From the NCBI GenBank assembly GCA_944348085.1, contig CALVMU010000003.1, positions 1,372-65,371 of the forward strand: DNA of 64,000 nt. Direction: 5' to 3'. A program made the position numbers and the translations under genes. This document shows positions 1 to 8,735 of the stretch, piece after piece. Origin of the DNA: an uncultured Clostridia bacterium. Its GTDB lineage: Bacteria; Bacillota; Clostridia; Christensenellales; UBA1242. The notes beneath the pieces were generated by a model, which did not search any database, was not told the origin of the DNA, and saw only the letters and a list, made by a program, of their open reading frames with translations. The stretch's first letter is position 1. Each line of letters starts with the position of its first letter.

Positions 1-230
1 AATTTTATAGGGACTTTATTTGAGTTTAATTCTATATTAAAGACATAAATTTCTTTTGTTGTTTCATTTGCTTCCATATTTGTTCTATCAGGAGATAAAA
101 CATTTGCCAAAACAACTTTAATAACATTTCCAGCATCTGCCTTAACAAGTTTATCAGCTTTTATTGTTCTAAACAATTCAAGCATCTTAAATTGTATATT
201 AACTTCTGTTTTTTCATTAAATATAAACAT
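1..230 (-). CDS. hypothetical protein, N-terminal 76 codons only (runs off the left edge); third gene of the helicase operon
   Basis: Not in the ORF track because it is open at the window edge. My reverse-strand translation from the ATG at 230-228 gives MFIFNEKTEVNIQFKMLELFRTIKADKLVKADAGNVIKVVLANVLSPDRTNMEANETTKEIYVFNIELNSNKVPIK, with no stop before position 1. The ATG lies 2 nt after the TAA (235-233) of the upstream gene. Confidence 0.45.
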   Translation of the reverse strand, partial: MFIFNEKTEVNIQFKMLELFRTIKADKLVKADAGNVIKVVLANVLSPDRTNMEANETTKEIYVFNIELNSNKVPIK

Positions 231-232
231 TA

Positions 233-1429
233 TTAATCTTCCCCTTCATCATCCTCATCAAAACCAAGATCAAGATTATCGTTATCATCTTTGATGTCAT
301 TATCAAAATCGTAATCTTTAATATTATTGTAAATTAATCTACATCTTTTCTCACCAAGTTTTTCTATTTCTTCCTTAACCATTTTTTTATAATAATCTTG
401 ACTGATTCCATATTTTTCTAAAAATAAAACTACATCTTCAAAATTAAGATCTTTGGAATAATCAACTTCATTTTCAAAAGTATCAAAATTATTATCTTCA
501 TTTGTTTCATCAAAATCACAATAAATAATTTCATCTTCTATATAATAATTGATTTTATTATTAAAATTTTCTTCGTTTTTATCATTAAAATCTTTTTCAT
601 TTAAATATGTATCATCATAATCATCTAAATTATCTTCATCGTCTTCATTGTCTATATTAGAAGACACAAATCTTTCTTTTTCACTACTTATATTATATTT
701 TATATCTTCAATACAATTATAATTAAAGTTTTTAGTTTTATCTTTAGTTTTTAATATTTGTCTAAAAATTTCTTCTCCATCAAAGTATAATGATTTTCCA
801 ATCTTCTTCTTAATGATGCAATTATTCAATATCGTGTTTATTTCCGAGTCTGCAATAAATACACATTTTGCAAGTCTTTTTACCATATTAAGTTTCAAAT
901 ATGCAATCTGATTTGAACTTATTGAGAAATATATATTGAATATATAATCAAATATTGTTTTCAAATTTGACATATTTTTAATATTAAAGTTTTTTAACAT
1001 TTTTTCACTTTTATAAGTTAATAAAGATGTATCTACACTAGAAGATATAGTTTTTATTGTATCATTAAAATTAATTTCTTTTCTTGTATAGCTGACATTA
1101 CCACATGAGAAAAAGTATAGTTTTTCGTATTGCACAATAAAAATTGTAGGCTTCTGTATCAATTTATATAATAAATTCAATATCTGAGTCAGATTTCCAA
1201 CCGATTTTAACTTTATATAGTAATAAAATACTTCATTATAATATGCATCTTCATCTTGTATCAAATTCAACATTTTGTAATCTACTTTTGCAACAGGGAA
1301 AAAATCGATAATTTGATCAATATAAAATTTTTCTATATTGTTAAACTTATAAAAGTTGAACCTATATTTTAAATCCGTTTTTTCAATAAAAGAGTTAAAA
1401 GGTAAATTAAAATAATGCAAAATATTCAT
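233..1429 (-). CDS. hypothetical 398-aa protein: globular N-terminal part of about 250 aa plus a hyper-acidic D/E/N-rich C-terminal part
   Basis: Long ORF in very AT-rich DNA, 89 bp downstream of the helicase gene on the same strand. Residues 257-332 and 372-398 are dominated by D/E/N (for example NEDDEDNLDDYDD and DDNDNLDLGFDEDDEGED). I recognise no catalytic motif. Confidence 0.6.
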   Translation of the reverse strand: MNILHYFNLPFNSFIEKTDLKYRFNFYKFNNIEKFYIDQIIDFFPVAKVDYKMLNLIQDEDAYYNEVFYYYIKLKSVGNLTQILNLLYKLIQKPTIFIVQYEKLYFFSCGNVSYTRKEINFNDTIKTISSSVDTSLLTYKSEKMLKNFNIKNMSNLKTIFDYIFNIYFSISSNQIAYLKLNMVKRLAKCVFIADSEINTILNNCIIKKKIGKSLYFDGEEIFRQILKTKDKTKNFNYNCIEDIKYNISSEKERFVSSNIDNEDDEDNLDDYDDTYLNEKDFNDKNEENFNNKINYYIEDEIIYCDFDETNEDNNFDTFENEVDYSKDLNFEDVVLFLEKYGISQDYYKKMVKEEIEKLGEKRCRLIYNNIKDYDFDNDIKDDNDNLDLGFDEDDEGED

Positions 1430-1518
1430 GACTTTTTCTCCATTTGTATAATATAATTCTTTTTTTCATTACTTTTTTATCTTATAAATAATTAAGAATC
1501 TTTTTCTTCTTATGTTTT

Positions 1519-4500
1519 TTATTTTACAACTACAAAAGCAAGTAACTCAAAATCATCAAGTCCTTTTATTTTTGTTCCACTAAGCACCATACTTCCTTGT
1601 TTGAAAAGTGCGTTTATATCACTTTGTTCTTTGACTTGTATTATACTTTCAATTGATTTTTCAAGCAACTTACTATATTTTGACATATCAAGTCCATCAT
1701 TTGTTTCTTCGTTAAAAATACTACAAACTTTATATAAAGGATCTTTTTTATCTTTACAAGCAATTCTTATACTATCCAAAATTTCTTTAACTTCTAGGTG
1801 GTTATTTACAATTTCCCCTTTTTCATCAATGTAAACCAAATAATAAGGGTGCAAGCGATTTTGTCTATTTATATTCACATTATTATTTTGATTTTTGAGA
1901 GTATAAATAACTCCAGGAACAATCCCTCGTGACGAATCTTTCTCTATGACGCAGTGCATTCCTTTTGGAACTCGTTTAGGTTCACCATAAACTTTTACAA
2001 GTTCAGTTGCATCCATTCTAAATTCATTTAATCCAAGATCACTTATAGAAATACCATTATTCGTATCTTCAAGGTCAATATTTTCACCCTCTCGAAGTTT
2101 TTTAATTTGCAATTCACGATAATCATCCATTTGGTCATCAGGATTTAAAATATTGTCATCTGCAGTAGCTGTTTGATCAACAATTGTCATTCTGCTTTTA
2201 ACTCTATCGGTAAGATTAATATATTCATTCAGTGGAAGTGGTGGCCAAAAGTTTACTAATTGTATTACTTTATTTTTACTACCAATTCTATCAATACGCC
2301 CAAACCTTTGAACAATTCTGACTGGATTCCAATGTATATCATAATTTATACACATATCACAATCCTGTAAGTTTTGTCCTTCTGATATACAATCAGTTGC
2401 AATCAAAACATCTATATCTTCAAAACAATCATCATATTCATGTTTGTCAATTTTATTACTCCAATTAAGTTTTGGATCTTTATAACTTTCTATTTGAGAA
2501 GGTATCCAACTAAAAACCTTATCTCTATTCTTGCTAATAGGACTAAACATTGTAAGTAAAGTATTTGTTTTCTTTGGACAATGTTTAAGCGAAACTTTAT
2601 TTATTTGTCCTTCAATCATTGCGGAATTTATTCCATATTTATCTTTTAACCACTTATGTAAATTTTCATATAAATAGTTTGCAGTATCAGCAAAGGCAGA
2701 AAAGATTAAAAATTTTTTATTTCCAGGATTTATTGGATTATTTATCTTTTTATCTATAATTTCTTTTAATGTTTGAAGTTTTAAATCATGTTCTGGGGTA
2801 ACTTTGCCAAGTTCATTTAATAAAGTCTCAAGTATTTCTACATCATGTTCCATTGCTTGTTGCCATGAAAGTCTATCTATATCAGCATATTCTATATGAA
2901 TTTCTTTGCCTTTATCAGTTTGAACCAAATTTAAACTTCCATCTTCATCTTGGTCAAATATTTCATAATTAAATACTTTCTTTGTTGCAAAGGCATCCGG
3001 TCTCATTTGTCCTGCATTATAATAAGACAATCTTTTTAATTCTGATCTATTTAAATCTAACATCCCAAGCATTGTAAGTCTAAAAGATTCAACACTTGAC
3101 TCAAGTCGCTTAAGCAAATTAACTGTCATTAAACGTTTAATACCTGAAGTTCTACCACTACGAGTTAGTCCACTATGCTTGATTTCCACATCATATTTTC
3201 TTTCATATTTATCTTTTTGACTATCAAGAACAAAATCAAATAATCCATAAACAGCCATGTTAAGCGATTTTATAGATTGATAAATTTCCTTATATTCAGG
3301 AACATCTTTTCTTTTTGTAAGTTCAGGTGCATATGAAAGTGGTGGAAGTCTGTCTGGGAATCTTCCTATACCATTCATATTATAATACTTGGATATATTT
3401 TTCCTACTTCTAGCTATAGTTACGCTATCAAGTAAAATTTTGAAATCTATACTCAAAGCATCAATCAAATCTTTGTTTTTTCTCTCATTTGGCGGTCTTT
3501 TACTCCAATCATTAAATACAGCTTGCGCTTGTCTAAAAATTGTAGCTATATTACTTTTTGTTTCCAAACTTTTTTCAAATGCATCATAATCTTGACTATA
3601 AGCAATTGCTAATTGATTTTTAAGATCGTTATATCTATTGTTTACAGGTGTGGCTGAAAGCATTAAAACTTTTGTTCTAACGCCTGCCTTAATTATATGA
3701 TTAATTAGAAAATCATATCTTGTCTCTTTATCTTTTACAGGATTGTTATTTCTGAAATTATGACTTTCATCAATTACTACAAGGTCATAATTGCCCCAAT
3801 TTACAAGTTTTAAATCTCTTCCATTATGAGCAATTCCAGCACGACCTAAATCCGTGTGATACAACACTTCATATCTAATTCTATCTTCATAAAAAATATT
3901 TGTAGTATCATTACTATCTCCAGAGTATTGCGTCCAGTTATCACTTAACCTTTTTGGACAAAGAACTAAAATACTTTTATTTCTAAGCGAATAATAAGCA
4001 ATAACTGCAAGAGCCGTAAATGTTTTACCAAGCCCCACACTATCTGCCAAAATACAACCATTATGTTTTTCAAGTTTATTAATTATACTAATAACTCCAT
4101 CTTTTTGAAAATCATAAAGCATATTCCATATTTTTGTATCTTTAAATCCGGTTGCCTCATTAGGCATATTATCTTCACTTATATCATCAAGAAACTCACT
4201 AAAAATATTATACAAAATGAAAAAATAAATAAATTCAGGACTATTTTCTTGATATGCACTACTTATCATTTCAACAACATTATTTGTTATATCTTCAACT
4301 TTTGTTTTATCATTCCATATTTCATCAAACATTGAAAATAAATATTTGCTTTGTTCTGGAAAATCAGTTTTATTTATTGCTGTAAATATACTGTTCCCCT
4401 TTTGATAACCTAAGTCTACTGTCGTAAATCCATTAACAGGATTATAAGTTACTGATGTTTTATCAATGTTTTCTATTCCTATTAAATTAGGTATTGAAGA

Positions 4501-4875
4501 GTTTGTAATATTACTTTTAAACTTAACTTTTTGTTTAACCCAACTCGCACATTCTTTAGCTATTGCCTTTAATGTCATTTCGTTACGAAGTTTTATTTCA
4601 AACTCAGAACCATATAAATTATTTTCTCTATCTTGTTTTGGTATATAAAATTCTCTTTTTTCTTTTTTTAAACCTTCAGTAATAGTATTGTTAGTAAAAG
4701 TTGGAGAAGTGAACAGAAATTTAAGTTCTTCAATTTGACTAAGTTCTTCTTTTAATTCTTTAAATGCATACATAGAAAAACAAGAAGAAGCTATTCTTAC
4801 TTTTGATTCTTTTTTTAATTCTTTCTTTAAATCATCACCTAAAAGTTTCGTTCTATTATCTATATTTTCAAACAT
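1519..4875 (-). CDS. SNF2/SWI2-family superfamily-2 helicase (about 1118 aa) with a degenerate PLD-like N-terminal region and a C-terminal extension of about 250 aa
   Basis: Motif I ILADSVGLGKTFTA. Motif II VVIDESHNFRN (DExH). Motif III LMLSATPVNN. Helicase-C motifs ATDCISEGQNLQDC and HWNPVRIVQRFGRIDRIG. The N-terminus (KVRIASSCFSMYAFKEL) looks like the PLD-type module fused to such helicases but has no HxK. Start moved to ATG 4875 (MFENID), which follows an AGAGGG RBS; the track start at 4893 is TTG. Confidence 0.85.
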   Translation of the reverse strand: MFENIDNRTKLLGDDLKKELKKESKVRIASSCFSMYAFKELKEELSQIEELKFLFTSPTFTNNTITEGLKKEKREFYIPKQDRENNLYGSEFEIKLRNEMTLKAIAKECASWVKQKVKFKSNITNSSIPNLIGIENIDKTSVTYNPVNGFTTVDLGYQKGNSIFTAINKTDFPEQSKYLFSMFDEIWNDKTKVEDITNNVVEMISSAYQENSPEFIYFFILYNIFSEFLDDISEDNMPNEATGFKDTKIWNMLYDFQKDGVISIINKLEKHNGCILADSVGLGKTFTALAVIAYYSLRNKSILVLCPKRLSDNWTQYSGDSNDTTNIFYEDRIRYEVLYHTDLGRAGIAHNGRDLKLVNWGNYDLVVIDESHNFRNNNPVKDKETRYDFLINHIIKAGVRTKVLMLSATPVNNRYNDLKNQLAIAYSQDYDAFEKSLETKSNIATIFRQAQAVFNDWSKRPPNERKNKDLIDALSIDFKILLDSVTIARSRKNISKYYNMNGIGRFPDRLPPLSYAPELTKRKDVPEYKEIYQSIKSLNMAVYGLFDFVLDSQKDKYERKYDVEIKHSGLTRSGRTSGIKRLMTVNLLKRLESSVESFRLTMLGMLDLNRSELKRLSYYNAGQMRPDAFATKKVFNYEIFDQDEDGSLNLVQTDKGKEIHIEYADIDRLSWQQAMEHDVEILETLLNELGKVTPEHDLKLQTLKEIIDKKINNPINPGNKKFLIFSAFADTANYLYENLHKWLKDKYGINSAMIEGQINKVSLKHCPKKTNTLLTMFSPISKNRDKVFSWIPSQIESYKDPKLNWSNKIDKHEYDDCFEDIDVLIATDCISEGQNLQDCDMCINYDIHWNPVRIVQRFGRIDRIGSKNKVIQLVNFWPPLPLNEYINLTDRVKSRMTIVDQTATADDNILNPDDQMDDYRELQIKKLREGENIDLEDTNNGISISDLGLNEFRMDATELVKVYGEPKRVPKGMHCVIEKDSSRGIVPGVIYTLKNQNNNVNINRQNRLHPYYLVYIDEKGEIVNNHLEVKEILDSIRIACKDKKDPLYKVCSIFNEETNDGLDMSKYSKLLEKSIESIIQVKEQSDINALFKQGSMVLSGTKIKGLDDFELLAFVVVK

Positions 4876-4903
4876 AAAACCCTCTTTACTCAAACCTGTT
4901 TTT

Positions 4904-4972
4904 ATTATAACATAAAAGTTTTAAATTTGTTTAATTAAATTAAAATAATTTCCGTTTACAAATATTATAACA
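4904..4972 (-). promoter_or_regulatory. two candidate extended -10 promoters (TGTTATAAT) for the helicase operon
   Basis: The reverse strand reads TGTTATAAT at 4972-4964 and again at 4912-4904. Both lie in the 120-bp gap upstream of the helicase start. Confidence 0.4.
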
Positions 4973-5013
4973 TATAGCATGAGTAAAATTTTATACAACA
5001 ATTAAAAATTGGA

Positions 5014-5604
5014 TTGTTTGAGATCCTGGCGTGTGCTTGTCTTGATAAGATAACTTTAAAATTTATGCTACTTACAGGTGTAAGACTTGGTGAAATGTGT
5101 GGTATTAGATGGAGTGATATTGATTTTTCTAAAAAAGTTGTTCATATTGTGCGTGCAAGGTTATATCATAAAGAATTTGGAGTTTATGAAAAAGCTCCAA
5201 AAACAAAAACTTCAATAAGAGATATTCCACTGCCCGACTCACTTATCAATGACTTAATAAAATATCAAAAATGGTTTAGACTTGCAGATAGTGATTTTGA
5301 TAATAATTTAGACAAATATTACATAGCTGTAAATATTTATAGAGAACCAATTAGCAAAAGTAAAGTTAATGCTTGGTTAAAATCATTTGAAATTGAAAAT
5401 GGTTTTAAGAAAATATCTTGCCACGGACTTCGGCACACCTATTGCAGTTTGCTACTTTCTCAAAATGTTCCTATACAAACTGTTAGTAAATATCTAGGAC
5501 ATAGTGATTCAACTATAACTTTAAAAGTTTATAGCCACTTTATGCCAGACACCCAAGAAAAAGTAGTAAACGCACTTAACAATATTACACAAACCGGGTC
5601 ATAA
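5014..5604 (+). pseudogene. 5'-truncated tyrosine recombinase (phage-type integrase): catalytic C-terminal domain only
   Basis: Catalytic signature present: LLTGVRLGE (Arg), HGLRHTY (HxxR), LGHSDSTITLKVYSH (His and Tyr nucleophile). The N-terminal core-binding/SAM-like domain of about 150-200 aa is absent. Only 120 bp separate it from the divergent helicase gene, and the ORF opens on a TTG with no RBS. Confidence 0.75.
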
Positions 5605-5633
5605 CACTCCGTTTGTTTTTATTAGGAGGAAAT

Positions 5634-5831
5634 ATGTATATACCAAAATTAAGAAAACAAGAAAATATAGCAAAAGATATAAAGAAAATAGATAAAAACA
5701 CTGCAATTACAGGATATTTAATTGAAATACTCGCTAAAGAAGGAAAAATAACAAGAATTAAATATGGGAATGCTTGGTTAGTAAACATAGATGAAATTGC
5801 AGATTTCTTTAATAAAAGGAGGAAAAAATGA
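5634..5831 (+). CDS. small excisionase/HTH-like DNA-binding protein (65 aa)
   Basis: AGGAGG RBS 4 nt before ATG 5634. The segment ITGYLIEILAKEGKITRIKYGNAWLVNIDEIADFF resembles excisionase-family HTH proteins. It sits directly downstream of the integrase remnant. Confidence 0.5.
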   Translation: MYIPKLRKQENIAKDIKKIDKNTAITGYLIEILAKEGKITRIKYGNAWLVNIDEIADFFNKRRKK

Positions 5832-6226
5832 AAAAAGTTTCAACTGGTGTCATATATAGACTTTTTAAAGATGGAGATAAAGATACAATAATACGAAAAA
5901 CCAATATACGAACATTTTGTCAACAAAAAAGCCTTGACTATATTATTAGTCAAGGCAAAATGCTTGTTGATATGAAAAGTTTTCTCAATGCACTAAACCC
6001 AAAACATTATAAAGCAAACAAAACCTTTCCAAGATTAAGAACCAAAATTTCAGCACAATACGAATGGAACGCTCACCATAGAACAAAAATCAAACACCAC
6101 ATAATTGATTGCATTTGCAACTCTGGTAAGATCAACATCTACAAACACGGAAGAACCAACATAATAAACTACGACCAACTCGAAAAAGAACTCATCGCCC
6201 CCCTAAAACAAAAAGGTAAATATTAA
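5828..6226 (+). CDS. hypothetical 132-aa basic protein of the mobile-element module
   Basis: ATGA start/stop overlap with the preceding gene. No motif recognised. Confidence 0.45.
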   Translation: MKKVSTGVIYRLFKDGDKDTIIRKTNIRTFCQQKSLDYIISQGKMLVDMKSFLNALNPKHYKANKTFPRLRTKISAQYEWNAHHRTKIKHHIIDCICNSGKINIYKHGRTNIINYDQLEKELIAPLKQKGKY

Positions 6227-6248
6227 AAAAATAAAATATTATTCTAAT

Positions 6249-7211
6249 TTATATAATTAAAATCTCATAAGATATTAAGATTAAAAGATGAAAAAATATC
6301 ATAGTAATTGGAAAATCAAATGGATCATAAGGTTTATATGTATTGCAATGCATAATATCATTTCTTAAATTCAATTCCTTGGCGTCAAACATACATTTTA
6401 ATAATGTTAATAAATCAGAATCTAAATTTCTTTTTGCATAGATATTATTTAATAACGCCCCTAAAGTATAAGATTTATCGTTGACTAATTTATCTAAATC
6501 CTTTTTTACATCAGATTTTAATTCATTATATTTTTTAATCATTTCAGTAATATTATATTTGATATCATCAACATCTTCAAAAATCTTAATAATTTTATTA
6601 TTAATATATACTTCCTTTGCTATTTTAAAATATTTTAAATACTTTTCTTCGATCTCTATTTGTTTATCTTCTATCATTTTATTAAGTATTTTTACTTCTT
6701 CTTTTAATGCGCATCTCTTAATATTTTCTATAATATTCCTTTCGAATAAACTTAAGGTTATCATAGTCGCACCATAAATTTGCTTTTTAGTTTTAAAATT
6801 TATTAACAAATTATCTTTTATACTTAACTCGACTTCATTCAACATTCCTTTTATATTGATAAAAATTTCTTCAGCATTTTTAATACTATCAAAAATAAAA
6901 TCATCGGTTTGGCAGTAATCTGCATATAATCTCATAAGAGCATTTCCATAACAAAAATATAAAATAAAAAATTTTACTGCATTTTTATTTCGATTTTCAT
7001 AATTTTCCTGATTAACATATTCTTCTTTCTCCCCAAAAGTCGATATCTTTAATTCTTCATCAATTTTATCATTTAACAATTTAAATACTTCGAAGTTAGT
7101 AGACTTATTATATAAATTATTTTCCAACTTGTTATATATCAAATTTTGAAATTCGATTATATCATCTTTATCTTTTACCTCATAGCATCCATCTTTAAAA
7201 TAAAATTCCAT
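6249..7211 (-). CDS. HEPN-motif protein (Abi-like candidate), 320 aa
   Basis: C-terminal LNLRNDIMHCN matches the HEPN R-x4-H (RNxxxH) signature found in Abi/HEPN RNases. The rest is predicted helical and K/E/N-rich. The DNA is AT-rich and the gene lies next to the tRNA 3' end. Confidence 0.45.
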   Translation of the reverse strand: MEFYFKDGCYEVKDKDDIIEFQNLIYNKLENNLYNKSTNFEVFKLLNDKIDEELKISTFGEKEEYVNQENYENRNKNAVKFFILYFCYGNALMRLYADYCQTDDFIFDSIKNAEEIFINIKGMLNEVELSIKDNLLINFKTKKQIYGATMITLSLFERNIIENIKRCALKEEVKILNKMIEDKQIEIEEKYLKYFKIAKEVYINNKIIKIFEDVDDIKYNITEMIKKYNELKSDVKKDLDKLVNDKSYTLGALLNNIYAKRNLDSDLLTLLKCMFDAKELNLRNDIMHCNTYKPYDPFDFPITMIFFHLLILISYEILII

Positions 7212-7281
7212 AATATCTCCTTACAAAAAACAAATATTTTTATAGCAAATAAAAATACTCTAAAAAATATTTAGAGTATCA

Positions 7282-7360
7282 TGGTGCACCTGAGAAGATT
7301 CGAACTTCCGACAAACCCGTCTTAGGAGGACGGTGCTCTATCCTGCTGAGCTACAGGTGC
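7282..7360 (-). tRNA. tRNA-Arg (anticodon CCT), CCA encoded
   Basis: Reverse complement: GCACCTG-TA-GCTC-AGCAGGATA-GAGC-A-CCGTC-CTCCTAA-GACGG-GTTTGTC-GGAAG-TTCGAAT-CTTCT-CAGGTGC-A-CCA. It has a perfect 7-bp acceptor stem and canonical D and T loops. The variable region appears to be 7 nt, which is slightly long. Confidence 0.8.
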
Positions 7361-7828
7361 ATATTAAAATTTTTGATAGTTTTTTGACTTCATTTTCGGT
7401 CAGAAATTTTAGTGATTTTTACTCAGTTTATTGAAGATACTCAAATAAATTTTTTAAAAATTGTATACCAAAATGTATACCAAAATTGTTTTTTCGATTT
7501 TTTCAAATCGCTACATCCCTTTATTTATAAGGCTTATAGCAATTTGCGGGGGATGGATAGTTCAACACCTTAGGAGGGCGCTGCGTTATACGATTACGCC
7601 ACGAAAACATATCAATTTGAAAAAAACAATCTAGAGGAAGAAGATCGCTTTCAATAAGACGTTCTTATTATAGCATATAGAAATCAAAAATTCAAATTTT
7701 TTGCATAAATTTTCAATTCCCTAAAAATTGCAACTCGCATGTCGAAGAATGTCATTTTTTGTTGACTTTGTGCTTTTGCATATTGTAAAATGTGTAAAGC
7801 ATGGAGGTTTTATGATTAATATTTTCTG

Positions 7829-8650
7829 TTGGTAACACATTGTTTATATTCTCTTTTTTATTGCTTTTACCATCGGCTCAATTTTTCTATCAAGATATTT
7901 TATAAAGAAAATAAAAAGTTAACAAAAGTTTTTGTCATTATTGCTGCAGCCATAACTTTCATATTTGTGCTTGCAAATAAAATAGAAATATGGATTAAAT
8001 ATGATTACAATTTTGCTTGTTTTGTTCCAGGAAGGTTTTGTAGTGCCCTTGCCTTTTGGGGACCTATTATCATGGTGATTGCAAAGCCGGATGGCAAATT
8101 TTTCCAATTTGCTATGTTTGGTATGGCATTAGGTGGCTTGCTTACAACCTTTTACCCAGAATTTACCATTGGCACTCCAACGATTTTTGCTCCAGTAAAC
8201 TTTACAGGACTTGTATATCACACATTGATGTTTGTAAGTTTTGTATATGTGATAGGAATTGGCTACTACAAACCATCTATGCAAAATTGGGGAAGTTTTC
8301 CTCTTGGAATGTTGTTGATGGTGCCATACATTTTGTTTAATTCACAAGTTTTAGGTGCAAGTGAAGACATGTATTTGTTTAGTCCTGCAATTGAAGGAAC
8401 TTCTTTATATTGGTGGGCAATTGGACTTTTAGCAATTTGTATATATACGATTTTCTTGCTGATATATGAGCAATTTGCATTTGAAAAACAATCGAGATGG
8501 CTTAATACCACATACAATAAAATTCGAAATTACTTTTCAAGTAAAAAAAAGAAATCACGGAAAGAGATAAACGAGTCTTTAAACGAAACTCAACCAAACA
8601 ATGATTTAGAAAATACAAAAAGCTTAAATGAAAGCGATAAAAATCAATAA
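7829..8650 (+). CDS. polytopic integral membrane protein (YwaF/TMEM164-like guess); start uncertain, possibly frameshifted
   Basis: Multiple hydrophobic segments. The ORF opens on TTG without an RBS, while a good GGAGG-ATG (7812) sits in another frame and stops after 7 codons. Confidence 0.55.
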   Translation: MVTHCLYSLFYCFYHRLNFSIKIFYKENKKLTKVFVIIAAAITFIFVLANKIEIWIKYDYNFACFVPGRFCSALAFWGPIIMVIAKPDGKFFQFAMFGMALGGLLTTFYPEFTIGTPTIFAPVNFTGLVYHTLMFVSFVYVIGIGYYKPSMQNWGSFPLGMLLMVPYILFNSQVLGASEDMYLFSPAIEGTSLYWWAIGLLAICIYTIFLLIYEQFAFEKQSRWLNTTYNKIRNYFSSKKKKSRKEINESLNETQPNNDLENTKSLNESDKNQ

Positions 8651-8696
8651 AAAACGCAGATCTTAGGCAAGCAATTTTGAAACTAGCAGAATATTA

Positions 8697-8735
8697 AAGA
8701 GAAACATAAGTAAAAACCACCTATGTTCTCTTTTT
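8697..8735 (+). terminator. rho-independent terminator after the membrane protein gene
   Basis: AAGAGAAACAT ... ATGTTCTCTTTTT: a stem with one bulge followed by a T-run. Confidence 0.55.

Noticed and set aside
1519-4893. Assigning the helicase operon to DISARM (DrmD), BREX (BrxH) or Zorya (ZorD).
   Set aside because: None of the obligatory partners of those systems (DrmA/B/C plus methylase; PglX/PglZ/BrxC; ZorA/B/C) is visible in the window. The R-M pair at 9.2-11.3 kb is a separate operon on the opposite strand, beyond the tRNA. The call stays open until the left flank is seen.
7462-7485. Tandem 12-nt repeat TGTATACCAAAA x2 near the tRNA.
   Set aside because: Only two copies with no spacers. 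It is not a CRISPR array, and is too short to call an operator without more evidence.
7546-7612. Second tRNA-like sequence on the minus strand. It shares the CCTCCTAAG anticodon-loop string with the real tRNA-Arg. A D-arm (GCGT-AATCGTATA-ACGC) and an anticodon arm (GCGCC-CTCCTAA-GGTGT) can be drawn.
   Set aside because: I found no T-arm (no GTTCGAATC-like loop) and no 3' acceptor strand complementary to the putative 5' end. At best it is a decayed 5' tRNA fragment. The shared string also reads as an AGGAGG-like motif on the plus strand and could be coincidence. Needs tRNAscan-SE or ARAGORN.
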